Part shown: positions 1 through 9,611 of the stretch, one piece after another
How the letters are laid out: each line of letters starts with the position of its first letter
Position numbering within the stretch: position 1 is the first letter of the stretch
From: an uncultured Bifidobacterium sp.
GTDB taxonomy: Bacteria; Actinomycetota; Actinomycetes; S36-B12; UBA5976
Reading direction: 5' to 3'
DNA: 41,389 nucleotides
Assembly: GCA_964456135.1 (NCBI GenBank)
Contig: CAYVZD010000003.1
Span: 18,905 to 60,293 of the forward strand
Position numbers and translations under genes: made by a program
The notes under the pieces: generated by a model
Database searches by the model: none
What the model saw: the letters and a program-made list of their open reading frames with translations, nothing else
Told to the model about the DNA's origin: nothing

Positions 1-1610
1 AAAATTATCGAGTTTTAGTAATTGAAGCTGGAAAAGAGTTTAAAGATCATGAGTACGCAAAGACTTCTTGGCGGCTACGCAAATTTCTATTTGCTCCCGC
101 TTTGCGTTGCTTTGGAATTCAACGAATCCATAGATTGCCCAATGTTTTAGTTTTGGCTGGCGCAGGTGTTGGTGGTGGATCACTTGTCTATGCAAACACT
201 ATGTATGAACCAATGAAAGAGTTTTTCGCCCAAGGTCCGTGGGCCAAAATTACTGATTGGCAAAAAGAATTAAAGCCTTTTTATGATTTAGCAAGACGCA
301 TGTTAGGCGTAGTGGAAAATCCAGTTTTCACTCCTGCGGACAAAGCAATGCAGTCAGTTGCCCAGCGAATGGGAGTTGAAACTTCATTTCGCCTAGCCCC
401 AGTTGCAGTTCATTTTGGAAAACAACCTGGTGAATTGCATGAAGATCCATATTTTGGAGGAGTAGGACCAGCCCGAAAAGGCTGTACAAACTGTGGCGAA
501 TGTATGACTGGGTGCCGGCATAATGCCAAAAATACTTTGGATAAAAATTATTTAGCCTTGGCTCGCAAACTTGGCGCACAAATTTTATCGATGACAACTG
601 TGAATAAAATTTCTCAAGTTGGTGACGAATGGATTATTAACACTACGCGAACTGGTGGAATTAAAAAACAATCGTTTAAGGCTAAACATGTTGTCGTTGC
701 TGCTGGAACGTATAACACGCAAAAACTTCTACATGAAATGAAAAATACTGGAAACTTACCGAATATTTCTGAACGTCTCGGTTATTTATCTAGAACTAAT
801 TCTGAAGCGCTACTCGGTGCAGTTGCTGACAAAATATCTGAGCCAGACTTTACAACTGGTGTTGCAATTACCTCTTCATTTTTTCCTGAAGACCAAACAC
901 ACATTCAACCGGTTCGATACGGCGTTGGCTCAAATGCCATGGGTTTATTGGCGACGGTATTTACAGATGGTGATGAAAACATTCCTCGATGGCGAATCTG
1001 GATTGCGCAAGTTATCCGCCATCCACTAGAAGCAATCAAGGGTCTTTGGGTAAAAAATTGGTCGCAACGGACAATTATTGCTTTAGTAATGCAAAGTCTG
1101 GATAGTTCGATCACTGTATTTGGAAAGCAGCGCAAGTTTTTTAGAAGCTGGAAATTAAGCAGTCGCCAAGGTGAAGGTAAACCAAACCCAACTTGGTTGC
1201 CGATTGCCAATAAAGTTGCTCGAGAATTATCCCAAGTAATTTCAGGAAAACCGATGGGAAATCTTGGCGAAGTGATCAACGCCCCATTCACGGCACATTT
1301 TGTAGGTGGTTGTGTGATTGGTGAAAGCGCAAATCACGGAGTAATCGATGCCTATCATCGAGTATTTGGTCATCCAGGATTGCACATTGTTGATGGATCA
1401 ACGATTTCTGGAAATTTAGGTGTAAACCCATCTTTAACAATTACTGCACAAGCTGAGCGCGCATTTGCAATGTGGCCCAATAATGGTGAGCAAGATTTAC
1501 GTCCGATGCTTGGGGCCGCATATCAACCAGTGGAGTGGATATATCCGGCTAATCCAATTGTCCCTAAAGGTGCTATCGGGGAACTGAAACTCAACGCCAT
1601 TAGTTCATGA
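1..1610 (+). CDS. GMC-family FAD oxidoreductase (cholesterol oxidase/ChoD-like), 5' end cut by the window edge
   Basis: The frame of the 102..1610 ORF stays open back to nt 3 (NYRVLVIEAGKEF...), so the listed TTG is not the true start. The C-terminal GMC signature is present (HPGLHIVDGSTISGNLGVNPSLTITAQAERA). A ChoD-like gene next to the gua genes is a recurrent actinobacterial arrangement (from memory). Confidence 0.8.
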   Translation, partial: NYRVLVIEAGKEFKDHEYAKTSWRLRKFLFAPALRCFGIQRIHRLPNVLVLAGAGVGGGSLVYANTMYEPMKEFFAQGPWAKITDWQKELKPFYDLARRMLGVVENPVFTPADKAMQSVAQRMGVETSFRLAPVAVHFGKQPGELHEDPYFGGVGPARKGCTNCGECMTGCRHNAKNTLDKNYLALARKLGAQILSMTTVNKISQVGDEWIINTTRTGGIKKQSFKAKHVVVAAGTYNTQKLLHEMKNTGNLPNISERLGYLSRTNSEALLGAVADKISEPDFTTGVAITSSFFPEDQTHIQPVRYGVGSNAMGLLATVFTDGDENIPRWRIWIAQVIRHPLEAIKGLWVKNWSQRTIIALVMQSLDSSITVFGKQRKFFRSWKLSSRQGEGKPNPTWLPIANKVARELSQVISGKPMGNLGEVINAPFTAHFVGGCVIGESANHGVIDAYHRVFGHPGLHIVDGSTISGNLGVNPSLTITAQAERAFAMWPNNGEQDLRPMLGAAYQPVEWIYPANPIVPKGAIGELKLNAISS

Positions 1611-1635
1611 AATTTGTAACCAATAGGCTAGGAAA

Positions 1636-3201
1636 GTGACTACCGCGCGTCCAGTTTTGGTTATTGATTATGGTGCGCAGTATGCACAGTTAATTGCCAG
1701 ACGTATTCGTGAAGCAAATATTTACTCTGAAGTCGTGCCAAGCAGTATGTCTGTGGCAGATTTGTTACTTAAAAATCCACAAGCAATTGTGCTGTCAGGT
1801 GGACCATCAAGTGTTTATGCACCTGGAGCTCCACAAGTTGATCCAAAGTTATTTGAAACAGGTCTACCAATTTTCGGAATTTGCTATGGATTTCAAGCAA
1901 TGGCAAGCGCTCTTGGCGGACAAGTAACTAAAACTGGTTTATCCGAATTCGGTGCAACGCAATTAACTGTTACTAAGTCTGGCTGCCTATTTGCCGATTT
2001 ACCTAAATCCCAAAATGTTTGGATGAGCCACGGTGACAGTGTGCAAGTAGCACCGCAAGGTTTTGAAGTGATTGCAACCACTGCAGGAGCGCCAATTGCT
2101 GCATTCGAAAATTTGGCACAGAAATTTGCTGGAGTTCAATTTCATCCCGAAGTTATGCACTCTGAATATGGGCAAAAAGTTTTAGAACACTTCTTATATG
2201 ACATCGCTGGACTTAAACCAGATTGGACCCCCGCTGGAATAGTGGATGAACAAGTTTCGCGAATCAAAGAACAAATCGGTCAGCACCAAGTGATTTGTGG
2301 CTTATCTGGGGGAGTTGATTCAGCCGTAGCTGCAGCATTAGTACATAAAGCTGTTGGCGATAATTTAACTTGCGTGTTTGTTGACCATGGATTACTTAGA
2401 TTAGGTGAACGCGAGCAAGTAGAACGAGATTATGTTGCGGCAACTGGCATCAAACTAGTTGTAGTAGATGCTTCCGATCGTTTTCTTGCTGAACTATCTG
2501 GTGTCACTGATCCGGAAGAAAAGCGAAAAATAATTGGCCACCTGTTTATTCGAGTATTCGAAGATACTGCACGCAAATTAGTTGAAGATGCTGGAAACAG
2601 TGGAAACCCAATCAAGTATTTAGTTCAGGGAACTTTATATCCAGATGTTGTCGAAAGTGGTGGCGGTACAGGTGCGGCCACTATTAAGTCACATCACAAC
2701 GTGGGTGGTTTACCAGATGATTTAGATTTCGAACTTTGCGAACCGTTAAGAGAATTATTCAAAGATGAAGTCAGAGCTGTGGGACGTCAACTGGGTTTGC
2801 CTGAAGAAATGGTGATGCGCCATCCATTCCCTGGACCAGGTTTAGGAATTCGAATTGTTGGAAGCGTTGATAAACAGCGGCTAGATATTTTGCGGGCTGC
2901 AGATGCGATAGTTCGTGAAGAAATCTCGCTGGCGGGATTAACTAGCAGTATTTGGCAATTTCCAGTCGTGCTACTTGCTGATGTTCGCAGTGTTGGCGTA
3001 CAGGGTGATGGTCGAACTTATGGCCATCCGATTGTGCTGCGACCTGTTTCTAGCGAGGATGCGATGACTGCTGACTGGACTCGCTTGCCTTATGAATTAC
3101 TGGCAAAAATATCGACACGCATTACTAACGAGGTTCGTGAAGTAAATCGTGTTGTACTAGATGTAACCAGTAAACCTCCAGGCACGATTGAATGGGAATA
3201 G
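1636..3201 (+). CDS. guaA: GMP synthase (glutamine-hydrolysing)
   Basis: 521 aa with a GTG start. It has an N-terminal class-I glutamine amidotransferase domain (GICYGFQ, HPE), an ATP-PPase P-loop (SGGVDSAV) and the typical C-terminal dimerisation domain ending in PPGTIEWE. Confidence 0.97.
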   Translation: MTTARPVLVIDYGAQYAQLIARRIREANIYSEVVPSSMSVADLLLKNPQAIVLSGGPSSVYAPGAPQVDPKLFETGLPIFGICYGFQAMASALGGQVTKTGLSEFGATQLTVTKSGCLFADLPKSQNVWMSHGDSVQVAPQGFEVIATTAGAPIAAFENLAQKFAGVQFHPEVMHSEYGQKVLEHFLYDIAGLKPDWTPAGIVDEQVSRIKEQIGQHQVICGLSGGVDSAVAAALVHKAVGDNLTCVFVDHGLLRLGEREQVERDYVAATGIKLVVVDASDRFLAELSGVTDPEEKRKIIGHLFIRVFEDTARKLVEDAGNSGNPIKYLVQGTLYPDVVESGGGTGAATIKSHHNVGGLPDDLDFELCEPLRELFKDEVRAVGRQLGLPEEMVMRHPFPGPGLGIRIVGSVDKQRLDILRAADAIVREEISLAGLTSSIWQFPVVLLADVRSVGVQGDGRTYGHPIVLRPVSSEDAMTADWTRLPYELLAKISTRITNEVREVNRVVLDVTSKPPGTIEWE

Positions 3202-3204
3202 AAA

Positions 3205-3555
3205 ATGGAATTCGTTTATAAGTTAATTGTTGTTCTTCACTTTGTTGGCCTTTCCTCACTTCTAGGTGGCTTCTTAGTGCAAATGTCTAGCGCAACAAAA
3301 GGCATAAACCCAGCCATGTTTCATGGTGCGCTCACTCAATTAGTAACTGGACTTGGCCTAGCTGGAATATTGTCTGCAGGGCTGTTAGCCGATGAAACTG
3401 TAGATCACACAAAAATTGGAATTAAATTAGGTGTTGCACTAGCAGTGCTTATTGTTGTGCTCATTGGACGTAAATCAACAACCGATGCAAAAAGTATGTG
3501 GGCTGCAGTTGGTGGCTTAACAATGCTTAATGTGATTGTCGCTGTCTTTATTTAA
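3205..3555 (+). CDS. small integral membrane protein, function unknown
   Basis: 116 aa, with 3-4 hydrophobic helices. It starts 3 nt after the guaA stop. I recognise no family motif. Confidence 0.55.
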   Translation: MEFVYKLIVVLHFVGLSSLLGGFLVQMSSATKGINPAMFHGALTQLVTGLGLAGILSAGLLADETVDHTKIGIKLGVALAVLIVVLIGRKSTTDAKSMWAAVGGLTMLNVIVAVFI

Positions 3556-3558
3556 CTT

Positions 3559-4320
3559 TTAATCGGGCAATTTAATTTGTCGAAATCCTTCGGCAAGTGT
3601 GCCTTCTGGTAAACCAGCTCGACTTGCCGCAAGTTTTTGCCATTCGCGTACCATGCCAGCTAGGTCGTCCAGGTGACTTACTTGACTTGCATGCGCGCTA
3701 ATCGCTTGTATTTTTTGATCAAATTTTGATGTCACATCCAGCCAATGATTTGGATTTGCATCACCTTGTAGCCAAAGCCAACTGACTGTCCAAGCCTCCA
3801 AGCCCTCTTTTAGACGCAAGTCCGAATACGCATATGGATTTCGAACTGCTGGGTAAAGCGCTCGGGTAGTTGCTTCGCCTGCAGCCATGTGATCAGGATG
3901 CGTGGCAGGCAGGCGTTCCCAATTTCGTTCAGGCGTTTGGGTAATTACCAGCTGCGGTTTAACTTTTCGCATGATTTGCACAATATCTTTTTGTACATCG
4001 TGACTTGGTTCTAAGTAGCCATCTTTATAACCAAGAAAATTTATGTCGCTAACACCTAAAACTTTTCCAGCCGCTATTTGTTCGGCTCTGCGAATTGCTG
4101 GTATTTGTGCTCGGTCAGTTTCATCATCAAAACCTCCTGCATCACCGTCTGTGCAAATGCAATACGAGACTGATATACCTAACTCGGTTAGCGTGGCAAT
4201 AGTTCCACCCGCACCGAAATCAACATCATCTGGGTGTGCAGTTACTACTAGAACTCGCTCGACTCCCTCTGGGATACCGAATCTTTCATCTTTTTCTAAG
4301 TTTTGGTTAATCGAACTCAC
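3559..4320 (-). CDS. PIG-L/LmbE-family N-acetylglucosaminyl deacetylase
   Basis: 253 aa with a GTG start. The zinc-site motifs AHPDDVDFGAGG and HPDH (THPDHMAAGEA) are typical of the LmbE/MshB/Mca superfamily. The exact substrate cannot be assigned. Confidence 0.85.
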   Translation of the reverse strand: MSSINQNLEKDERFGIPEGVERVLVVTAHPDDVDFGAGGTIATLTELGISVSYCICTDGDAGGFDDETDRAQIPAIRRAEQIAAGKVLGVSDINFLGYKDGYLEPSHDVQKDIVQIMRKVKPQLVITQTPERNWERLPATHPDHMAAGEATTRALYPAVRNPYAYSDLRLKEGLEAWTVSWLWLQGDANPNHWLDVTSKFDQKIQAISAHASQVSHLDDLAGMVREWQKLAASRAGLPEGTLAEGFRQIKLPD

Positions 4321-4336
4321 GTACTCAACTCTAGAG

Positions 4337-6574
4337 GTGTCAGCACACGAACGTAGAATCGTACCTGTGCCTGCGCATTTATTAGATGACTTAAACGAAC
4401 CTCAGCGTCAGGCAGTAACTCATTCGGGATCGCCACTATTAGTAGTCGCTGGTGCTGGCTCTGGGAAAACAAGAGTACTCACTCGGCGCATTGCATATTT
4501 ATTGGCGCAACGAAATGTTCATCCAGGTGAAATTTTAGCCATCACTTTCACCAATAAAGCTGCCAATGAAATGAAGGAGCGGGTGGCTCACATCGTTGGA
4601 CCACAAGCACGAGTTATGTGGGTTTCGACATTTCACTCTGCTTGCGTGAGAATCCTGCGTAATGAAGCAAAAAGACTTGGGTTAAAGCCAACCTTCAGTA
4701 TTTATGACACTCAAGACTCAGTTCGGTTGATGACTTTAGTGGCAAAAGATCTTGGGATTGACCCAAAAACTTATTCAGCTAAGTACTTGCTAAGTCAGGT
4801 CAGCAATCTAAAAAATGAATTAATCGACTACGAAATTGCTGTAACTAAAGCTCAAACAACTCAAGAACAAACAGTTGCTGAAGTCTATGGCGAGTATCAA
4901 CGAAGATTGATGCGCGCAAGTGCAGTCGACTTTGACGATTTAATTGGCCATACTGTTGCACTACTTCAAGCATTCCCTGATGTAGCCACCTCGTACCATC
5001 GTCGATTTAGACATGTGTTGGTCGATGAGTACCAAGACACCAATCATGCACAATATGTTTTGATTCGAGAATTAGTAGGCAATGGAAGCGATGGGGTAGA
5101 GCCAGCCGAACTATGTGTAGTTGGTGATTCCGATCAGAGTATTTACGCGTTTCGTGGCGCGAATATCCGTAACATCATGGAATTTGAAAGAGATTATTCA
5201 AAATCAAAAACTGTCGTACTCGAACAAAACTATCGATCCACACAGAACATCCTGTCTGCTGCAAATGCAGTGATTGACAAGAATGCAGGTAGACCCAAGA
5301 AAAATTTATGGACAGCACAAGGTGCGGGTGAAAAAATCTTTGTCTATTCAGCTACTGATGAACATCACGAGGCAGACTTTATTGTTCGTAAACTTCGAGA
5401 GTTAATTGATCAAAACAATTTTGCCTATAAAGACATTGCTGTCTTTTATCGCACCAATAATCAATCTCGAAGTGTGGAAGAAGTCTTTATTCGCAGCGGA
5501 ATTCCATACAAAGTTGTTGGCGGCACCCGATTCTATGAACGCAAAGAAATTCGAGATGCATTGGCATATTTGCGAACCATTGTTAATCCAGCAGATGATG
5601 TGTCGTTGCGCCGAATACTTAACACACCAAGACGCGGTATAGGAGATAAAGCTGAAGAGGCGGTAGAAAATTTTGCTCGCCGAGAAAAAATTACATTCAG
5701 TGAAGCAATCGACCGAGTGAGTGAAATTAATACTCTTGCGGCCCGCTCCCAAAATGCATTGAAAGAATTTGGGGGACTGCTCAATTTATTGCGAGTCATG
5801 GACGATTCAGGTGCTGGGCCAAGTGAAATCGTCCATACTGTTTTGGAATCATCAGGATTATTGAAAGAACTTGCTCAAAGTAAAGATCCGCAAGACGAAG
5901 TTCGAATTGAAAATTTGGCAGAACTTGAAAATGTTGCACGTGAATTTGAAGAACAATTTCAGGCTGAAAACGAAGAGAAAAAACCAGCTCGGCTAGCCGA
6001 TTTTCTTGAACGTGTTTCTCTTGTTGCTGACTCGGATGAAATTCCTAAAGACGATGCTCACGGTGGTGTTGTAACAATGATGACTTTGCACACAGCAAAA
6101 GGCCTTGAATTTCCAGTTGTATTTTTAACTGGAATGGAAGAAGGTATTTTTCCGCACCAACGGGCACTTGGTTCAGACACCGAACTACAAGAAGAACGTC
6201 GACTTGCATATGTTGGTATGACCCGAGCAATGCAGCGATTGTTTTTAACTAGAGCTTCGACAAGATCAACTTGGGGTCAACCTAACTACAACCCCGAGTC
6301 TCGGTTTATAGCTGAGTTGCCAGATGAATTGATCGAACGCCAAGGAGAAGAATTTACTCCACTTGGATTAAGCGGAGATTTTGAACGCACCCCTAAACGC
6401 CAAGAGCCGGTAATGGTTTTGGCAATCGGCGATCGAGTACTGCATGACAAATTTGGTATGGGAACTGTCACTGCAGTTCAAGGAGAAAATGAAAAAGCAG
6501 AGGCAACAATCGACTTTAAGAGTGCTGGGATTAAGCGCCTGTTACTGCGTTATGCCCCAGTAGAGAAACTTTAA
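4337..6574 (+). CDS. pcrA: ATP-dependent DNA helicase PcrA/UvrD1 (SF1)
   Basis: Walker A motif AGAGSGKT, DEYQD, the QNYRS motif and a C-terminal Tudor-like tail (GDRVLHDKFGMGTV). The ORF track extends to 4043, but that part is antisense to the PIG-L gene. The realistic start is the GTG at 4337 (alternative GTG at 4367), just before the LLDDLNEPQRQAV helicase N-terminus. Confidence 0.9.
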   Translation: MSAHERRIVPVPAHLLDDLNEPQRQAVTHSGSPLLVVAGAGSGKTRVLTRRIAYLLAQRNVHPGEILAITFTNKAANEMKERVAHIVGPQARVMWVSTFHSACVRILRNEAKRLGLKPTFSIYDTQDSVRLMTLVAKDLGIDPKTYSAKYLLSQVSNLKNELIDYEIAVTKAQTTQEQTVAEVYGEYQRRLMRASAVDFDDLIGHTVALLQAFPDVATSYHRRFRHVLVDEYQDTNHAQYVLIRELVGNGSDGVEPAELCVVGDSDQSIYAFRGANIRNIMEFERDYSKSKTVVLEQNYRSTQNILSAANAVIDKNAGRPKKNLWTAQGAGEKIFVYSATDEHHEADFIVRKLRELIDQNNFAYKDIAVFYRTNNQSRSVEEVFIRSGIPYKVVGGTRFYERKEIRDALAYLRTIVNPADDVSLRRILNTPRRGIGDKAEEAVENFARREKITFSEAIDRVSEINTLAARSQNALKEFGGLLNLLRVMDDSGAGPSEIVHTVLESSGLLKELAQSKDPQDEVRIENLAELENVAREFEEQFQAENEEKKPARLADFLERVSLVADSDEIPKDDAHGGVVTMMTLHTAKGLEFPVVFLTGMEEGIFPHQRALGSDTELQEERRLAYVGMTRAMQRLFLTRASTRSTWGQPNYNPESRFIAELPDELIERQGEEFTPLGLSGDFERTPKRQEPVMVLAIGDRVLHDKFGMGTVTAVQGENEKAEATIDFKSAGIKRLLLRYAPVEKL

Positions 6575-6584
6575 TTAAAAAGAA

Positions 6585-7574
6585 TTACTCAGTTCCCCAA
6601 AGCCAACCAGCAGGGTTAATGAATTGACCGTCTTTAAGAACTTCAAGATGTAAGTGCGGACCGGTCACTTTTCCTGTTGCACCAGAAAGTCCAATGTTGG
6701 TTCCAGCTGTAATAAATCCGCCAGTTTCAAAAATTGTTGATAGGTGGTTATAAGTAGTCATGTAGCCATCGCCATGGTCAATGACAATTCGATAACCGTA
6801 CGAACCTTCATAACCTGCTTCAATAATCGTTCCGGAAGCCGCTGCATAAACTCGAGTGCCGACTGGAACGCGAAAATCAAGGCCGGTATGAACACCACCA
6901 GACCAAATTCGACCACGTTGCATAAATCGTGCTGATAGCTGGTAACCATCCTGCACAGGAACTAGAACTTTTCCGATAGTTTCAATGCGCTGTGCCTGAA
7001 CAATTGCGGCCTGTTTTTTAGCTTCTGCTTGGCGGATAGCTTCAGCTACCTGAGCTTCAGCTTCGGCAGCTGCGGCCCGAGCAATTTCTTGCTGTTGCAC
7101 TTGGAGTGCGGCTTGCTGATTCGCATCCTCTTGGACTTGGTCAATCAGAGTAATTAAATCTTCTGTTGAACCAGCTAATGCTTGGATTGCTCTGATATCT
7201 TCTGACTTCAAAGTTGGAGTGGTGTCGATTACCGCAAGTATGTCTGTGGCAGGATCTGCGACAGTCGAAGCTTGGGCTGAGGCTTCGGCGTCTTGTAAAG
7301 TTTCGCGTTCGTTTGTACGGCTAGCAGCCTGAACTCGGTTGATTAAGTTATTTGTAATCGCAGTTGTTTTAACCACTGGGATAGTGGTGGTCGTATCAGG
7401 CGCCTCATTTGCGATGTTGGTGTTCAGGGTAGGAACAGTGCTGCCACCAGTTACGACTACTGAGCTAACTCCGGCCAGGCCAAGTAAGGCTGATACAGAT
7501 TTGGGTTTAACCGCTTTTTTCTTCGGGGCGCTATGTCGTCCGGCGCGGTGGCGGCCACGTGCTGAATCGCCCAT
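6585..7574 (-). CDS. M23-family peptidoglycan DD-metalloendopeptidase with N-terminal membrane anchor and Ala/Gln-rich coiled coil
   Basis: 329 aa. It has a basic N-terminus followed by a hydrophobic segment, a coiled-coil stretch (QQAALQVQQQEIARAAAAEAEAQVAEAIRQAEAKK) and a C-terminal LytM domain (HTGLDF...GPHLHLEV). Its position between uvrD1 and sucC matches Rv0950c synteny (from memory). Confidence 0.9.
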   Translation of the reverse strand: MGDSARGRHRAGRHSAPKKKAVKPKSVSALLGLAGVSSVVVTGGSTVPTLNTNIANEAPDTTTTIPVVKTTAITNNLINRVQAASRTNERETLQDAEASAQASTVADPATDILAVIDTTPTLKSEDIRAIQALAGSTEDLITLIDQVQEDANQQAALQVQQQEIARAAAAEAEAQVAEAIRQAEAKKQAAIVQAQRIETIGKVLVPVQDGYQLSARFMQRGRIWSGGVHTGLDFRVPVGTRVYAAASGTIIEAGYEGSYGYRIVIDHGDGYMTTYNHLSTIFETGGFITAGTNIGLSGATGKVTGPHLHLEVLKDGQFINPAGWLWGTE

Positions 7575-7786
7575 TAGCCACCCTTTCGCCGGTTGTGCGA
7601 AACCAACGACTAGGTCGGCTCGCGCAAAAATCCTTTATTTACCTATTCTTTTTTACCTGACAACAGCCGATTTAGGAAACGCAAATGTTATGTCTGTGAA
7701 ATTATTGACATAATTAATGCAAAATTTGCCGATAATTCGTCAGAAAATACCTATAAACATGGGATAAAACACAATTTATTTGCGGT

Positions 7787-7800
7787 GTGAGAAGTCTCAC
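7787..7800. promoter_or_regulatory. perfect 6-2-6 palindrome GTGAGA-AG-TCTCAC in the divergent intergenic region (candidate operator)
   Basis: Read directly from the sequence: gtgagaagtctcac is its own reverse complement. It lies in the 328-nt A/T-rich gap between the M23 peptidase gene (-) and the B12-domain gene (+). A 2-nt spacer is too short for an RNA hairpin loop, so a dimeric DNA-binding site is more plausible. The regulator is unknown. Confidence 0.3.
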
Positions 7801-7902
7801 TTAGTACCTTATTAATTATTAATACTTCAACCCTTTGTTTTTGGGTGCGCCCAAATTGCTCAATAGTGGCTTAATTATTGAATAACTCTATATTTAGTCG
7901 AT

Positions 7903-8352
7903 ATGGACACCTCACCGCTTGCAAATAAAACCCAATCAGCGGGGACCGATAACGCGGGGATCGATAGAACTGTGCGAGTTCTGGTGGCCAAAGCAGGTCT
8001 TGATGGCCATGATCGTGGTGCCAAAGTTGTAGTCAGAGCCCTAGAAGATGCCGGTGTTCAAGTTTTCTACACCGGACTACATCAAACGCCAGCTCAGATT
8101 GTGCAGGCCGCAATTGAGCACCAGGTCGGTGCAATTGGCATCTCAGTATTATCTGGCGCCCATGAAACTGTTTTTCCGGAAGTACTTGGCTTGTTGAAAG
8201 ATAAGCAGCGCACTGACATTGTCGTATTTGGTGGCGGCGTAATTCCGCAGGATGACATTCCGGCGTTACTCGAGGAAGGAGTAAAAGTTATTTTTACTCC
8301 AGGTACTCCACTTTCCACACTTACTGGCTGGGTAATCGACAACCTGCGTTAA
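7903..8352 (+). CDS. cobalamin-binding domain protein (methylmalonyl-CoA mutase small/B12-binding subunit)
   Basis: 149 aa. It carries the DxHxxG base-off/His-on motif (GLDGHDRGAKVV), SxL (ISVLSGAH) and GG (VVFGGGVIP), which is the C-terminal domain of MCM-type mutases encoded as a stand-alone gene. Confidence 0.85.
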   Translation: MDTSPLANKTQSAGTDNAGIDRTVRVLVAKAGLDGHDRGAKVVVRALEDAGVQVFYTGLHQTPAQIVQAAIEHQVGAIGISVLSGAHETVFPEVLGLLKDKQRTDIVVFGGGVIPQDDIPALLEEGVKVIFTPGTPLSTLTGWVIDNLR

Positions 8353-8426
8353 TCGCCAATCATCGGTTGACCTAATCTGGACTAGGAAGAAATCTCGATC
8401 TCCCGTAAGTAGGAAGTGTTCCAAAC

Positions 8427-9602
8427 GTGGACCTATACGAATATCAAGCAAAAGAATTATTCGGCGCACATGGTGTTCCAGTTGTGCCTGGATTTGTTTG
8501 CACCACTCCCGAAGAAGCTAAAGCTGCCGCAACAAAAATCGGTGACACAGTTGTAGTCAAGGCTCAGGTTAAAACTGGTGGCCGCGGAAAAGCTGGCGGC
8601 GTTAAGTTGGCCCAAAGTGCAGATGAAGCACTAGATCGAGCCAAAGATATTCTTGGCCTTGATATCAAGGGCCACATAGTTCATAAAGTTTTAGTAACTG
8701 CAGCAGCAGAAATTGCAGAAGAGTACTACGTTTCCTTTTTACTTGATCGGGCTAATCGAACTTTCTTAGCGATGGCAAGTGTCGAAGGTGGCATGGACAT
8801 TGAAGAAGTGGCTGCAACGAAGCCTGAAGCATTAGCGAAAATTAGAGTTGATGCAATTGAGGGTTGCACCGAACAAAAAGCTGCTGAAATTGCAGATGCA
8901 GCAAAGTTTCCCGCTGAAGTTAGAGAACAAGTAATTTCTATACTGCAAAAACTTTGGGACGTCTTAATCAAAGAAGATGCAACTCTAGTTGAAGTAAATC
9001 CATTAGCTAAAACACCAGATGGCAAAGTTTTAGCCCTTGATGGAAAAGTTTCACTTGATGACAATGCACAATTTCGGCATGAATCTCATATTTCGTTAAT
9101 CGATAATTCAACGACTGATCCGATTGAACTTAGGGCAAAAGAATTTGATCTCAACTACGTGAAGTTACAAGGTGAAGTTGGAATCATTGGAAATGGTGCT
9201 GGTCTGGTTATGTCCACACTCGACGTTGTTGCATACGCCGGTGAAGAATTTGGTGGAGTAAAGCCAGCCAACTTTTTAGACATTGGTGGTGGCGCTAGCG
9301 CACAAGTAATGGCTAATGGTTTAGACATTGTGCTTGGCGATCCAGATGTAAAAGCAGTATTTGTGAATGTCTTTGGCGGAATTACAGCTTGTGACGCGGT
9401 TGCAAATGGAATTGTGCAAGCGATTGGAATGTTGGCGCAGCGCGGTGAACCTGTAACTAAGCCAATTGTTTGTCGAATCGATGGCAATAATGCAAGCGAA
9501 GGTCGTCGCATACTTGATGAATCAGGAATTGCTGTGATTGAACGTGTTGAAACCATGGATGATGCTGCACGCAGAGTCGCACAACTGGCTGCTGGTAAGT
9601 AG
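8427..9602 (+). CDS. sucC: succinate--CoA ligase (ADP-forming) beta subunit
   Basis: 391 aa with a GTG start, preceded by AGGAAG. The N-terminus [12 protein letters not shown] is canonical, and the ATP-grasp and CoA-ligase domains are full length. Confidence 0.97.
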   Translation: MDLYEYQAKELFGAHGVPVVPGFVCTTPEEAKAAATKIGDTVVVKAQVKTGGRGKAGGVKLAQSADEALDRAKDILGLDIKGHIVHKVLVTAAAEIAEEYYVSFLLDRANRTFLAMASVEGGMDIEEVAATKPEALAKIRVDAIEGCTEQKAAEIADAAKFPAEVREQVISILQKLWDVLIKEDATLVEVNPLAKTPDGKVLALDGKVSLDDNAQFRHESHISLIDNSTTDPIELRAKEFDLNYVKLQGEVGIIGNGAGLVMSTLDVVAYAGEEFGGVKPANFLDIGGGASAQVMANGLDIVLGDPDVKAVFVNVFGGITACDAVANGIVQAIGMLAQRGEPVTKPIVCRIDGNNASEGRRILDESGIAVIERVETMDDAARRVAQLAAGK

Positions 9603-9611
9603 GGAATAGTA

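Noticed and set aside
4043-4336. The first 98 codons of the 843-aa ORF would give the helicase a long N-terminal extension.
   Set aside because: This stretch is the antisense of the PIG-L deacetylase coding sequence. It is Ser/Pro/Ala-rich low-complexity sequence typical of a shadow frame. The conserved PcrA/UvrD N-terminus (LLDDLNEPQRQAV) begins just after the GTG at 4337, which also removes the overlap.
7575-7700. A possible ydaO / cyclic-di-AMP riboswitch in the leader of the M23 cell-wall hydrolase gene. This is a common association in Actinobacteria.
   Set aside because: Reading the minus strand, I find only a vague resemblance (CGAGCCGACCUAGUCGU against the CCGAxCCGxCAGCUAACCUCGU consensus as I remember it). 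The G-rich signature elements (GGGGGA.CC, GGGGUGAAUC) are absent, and the region contains no GGGG run at all. It should still be tested with cmsearch.
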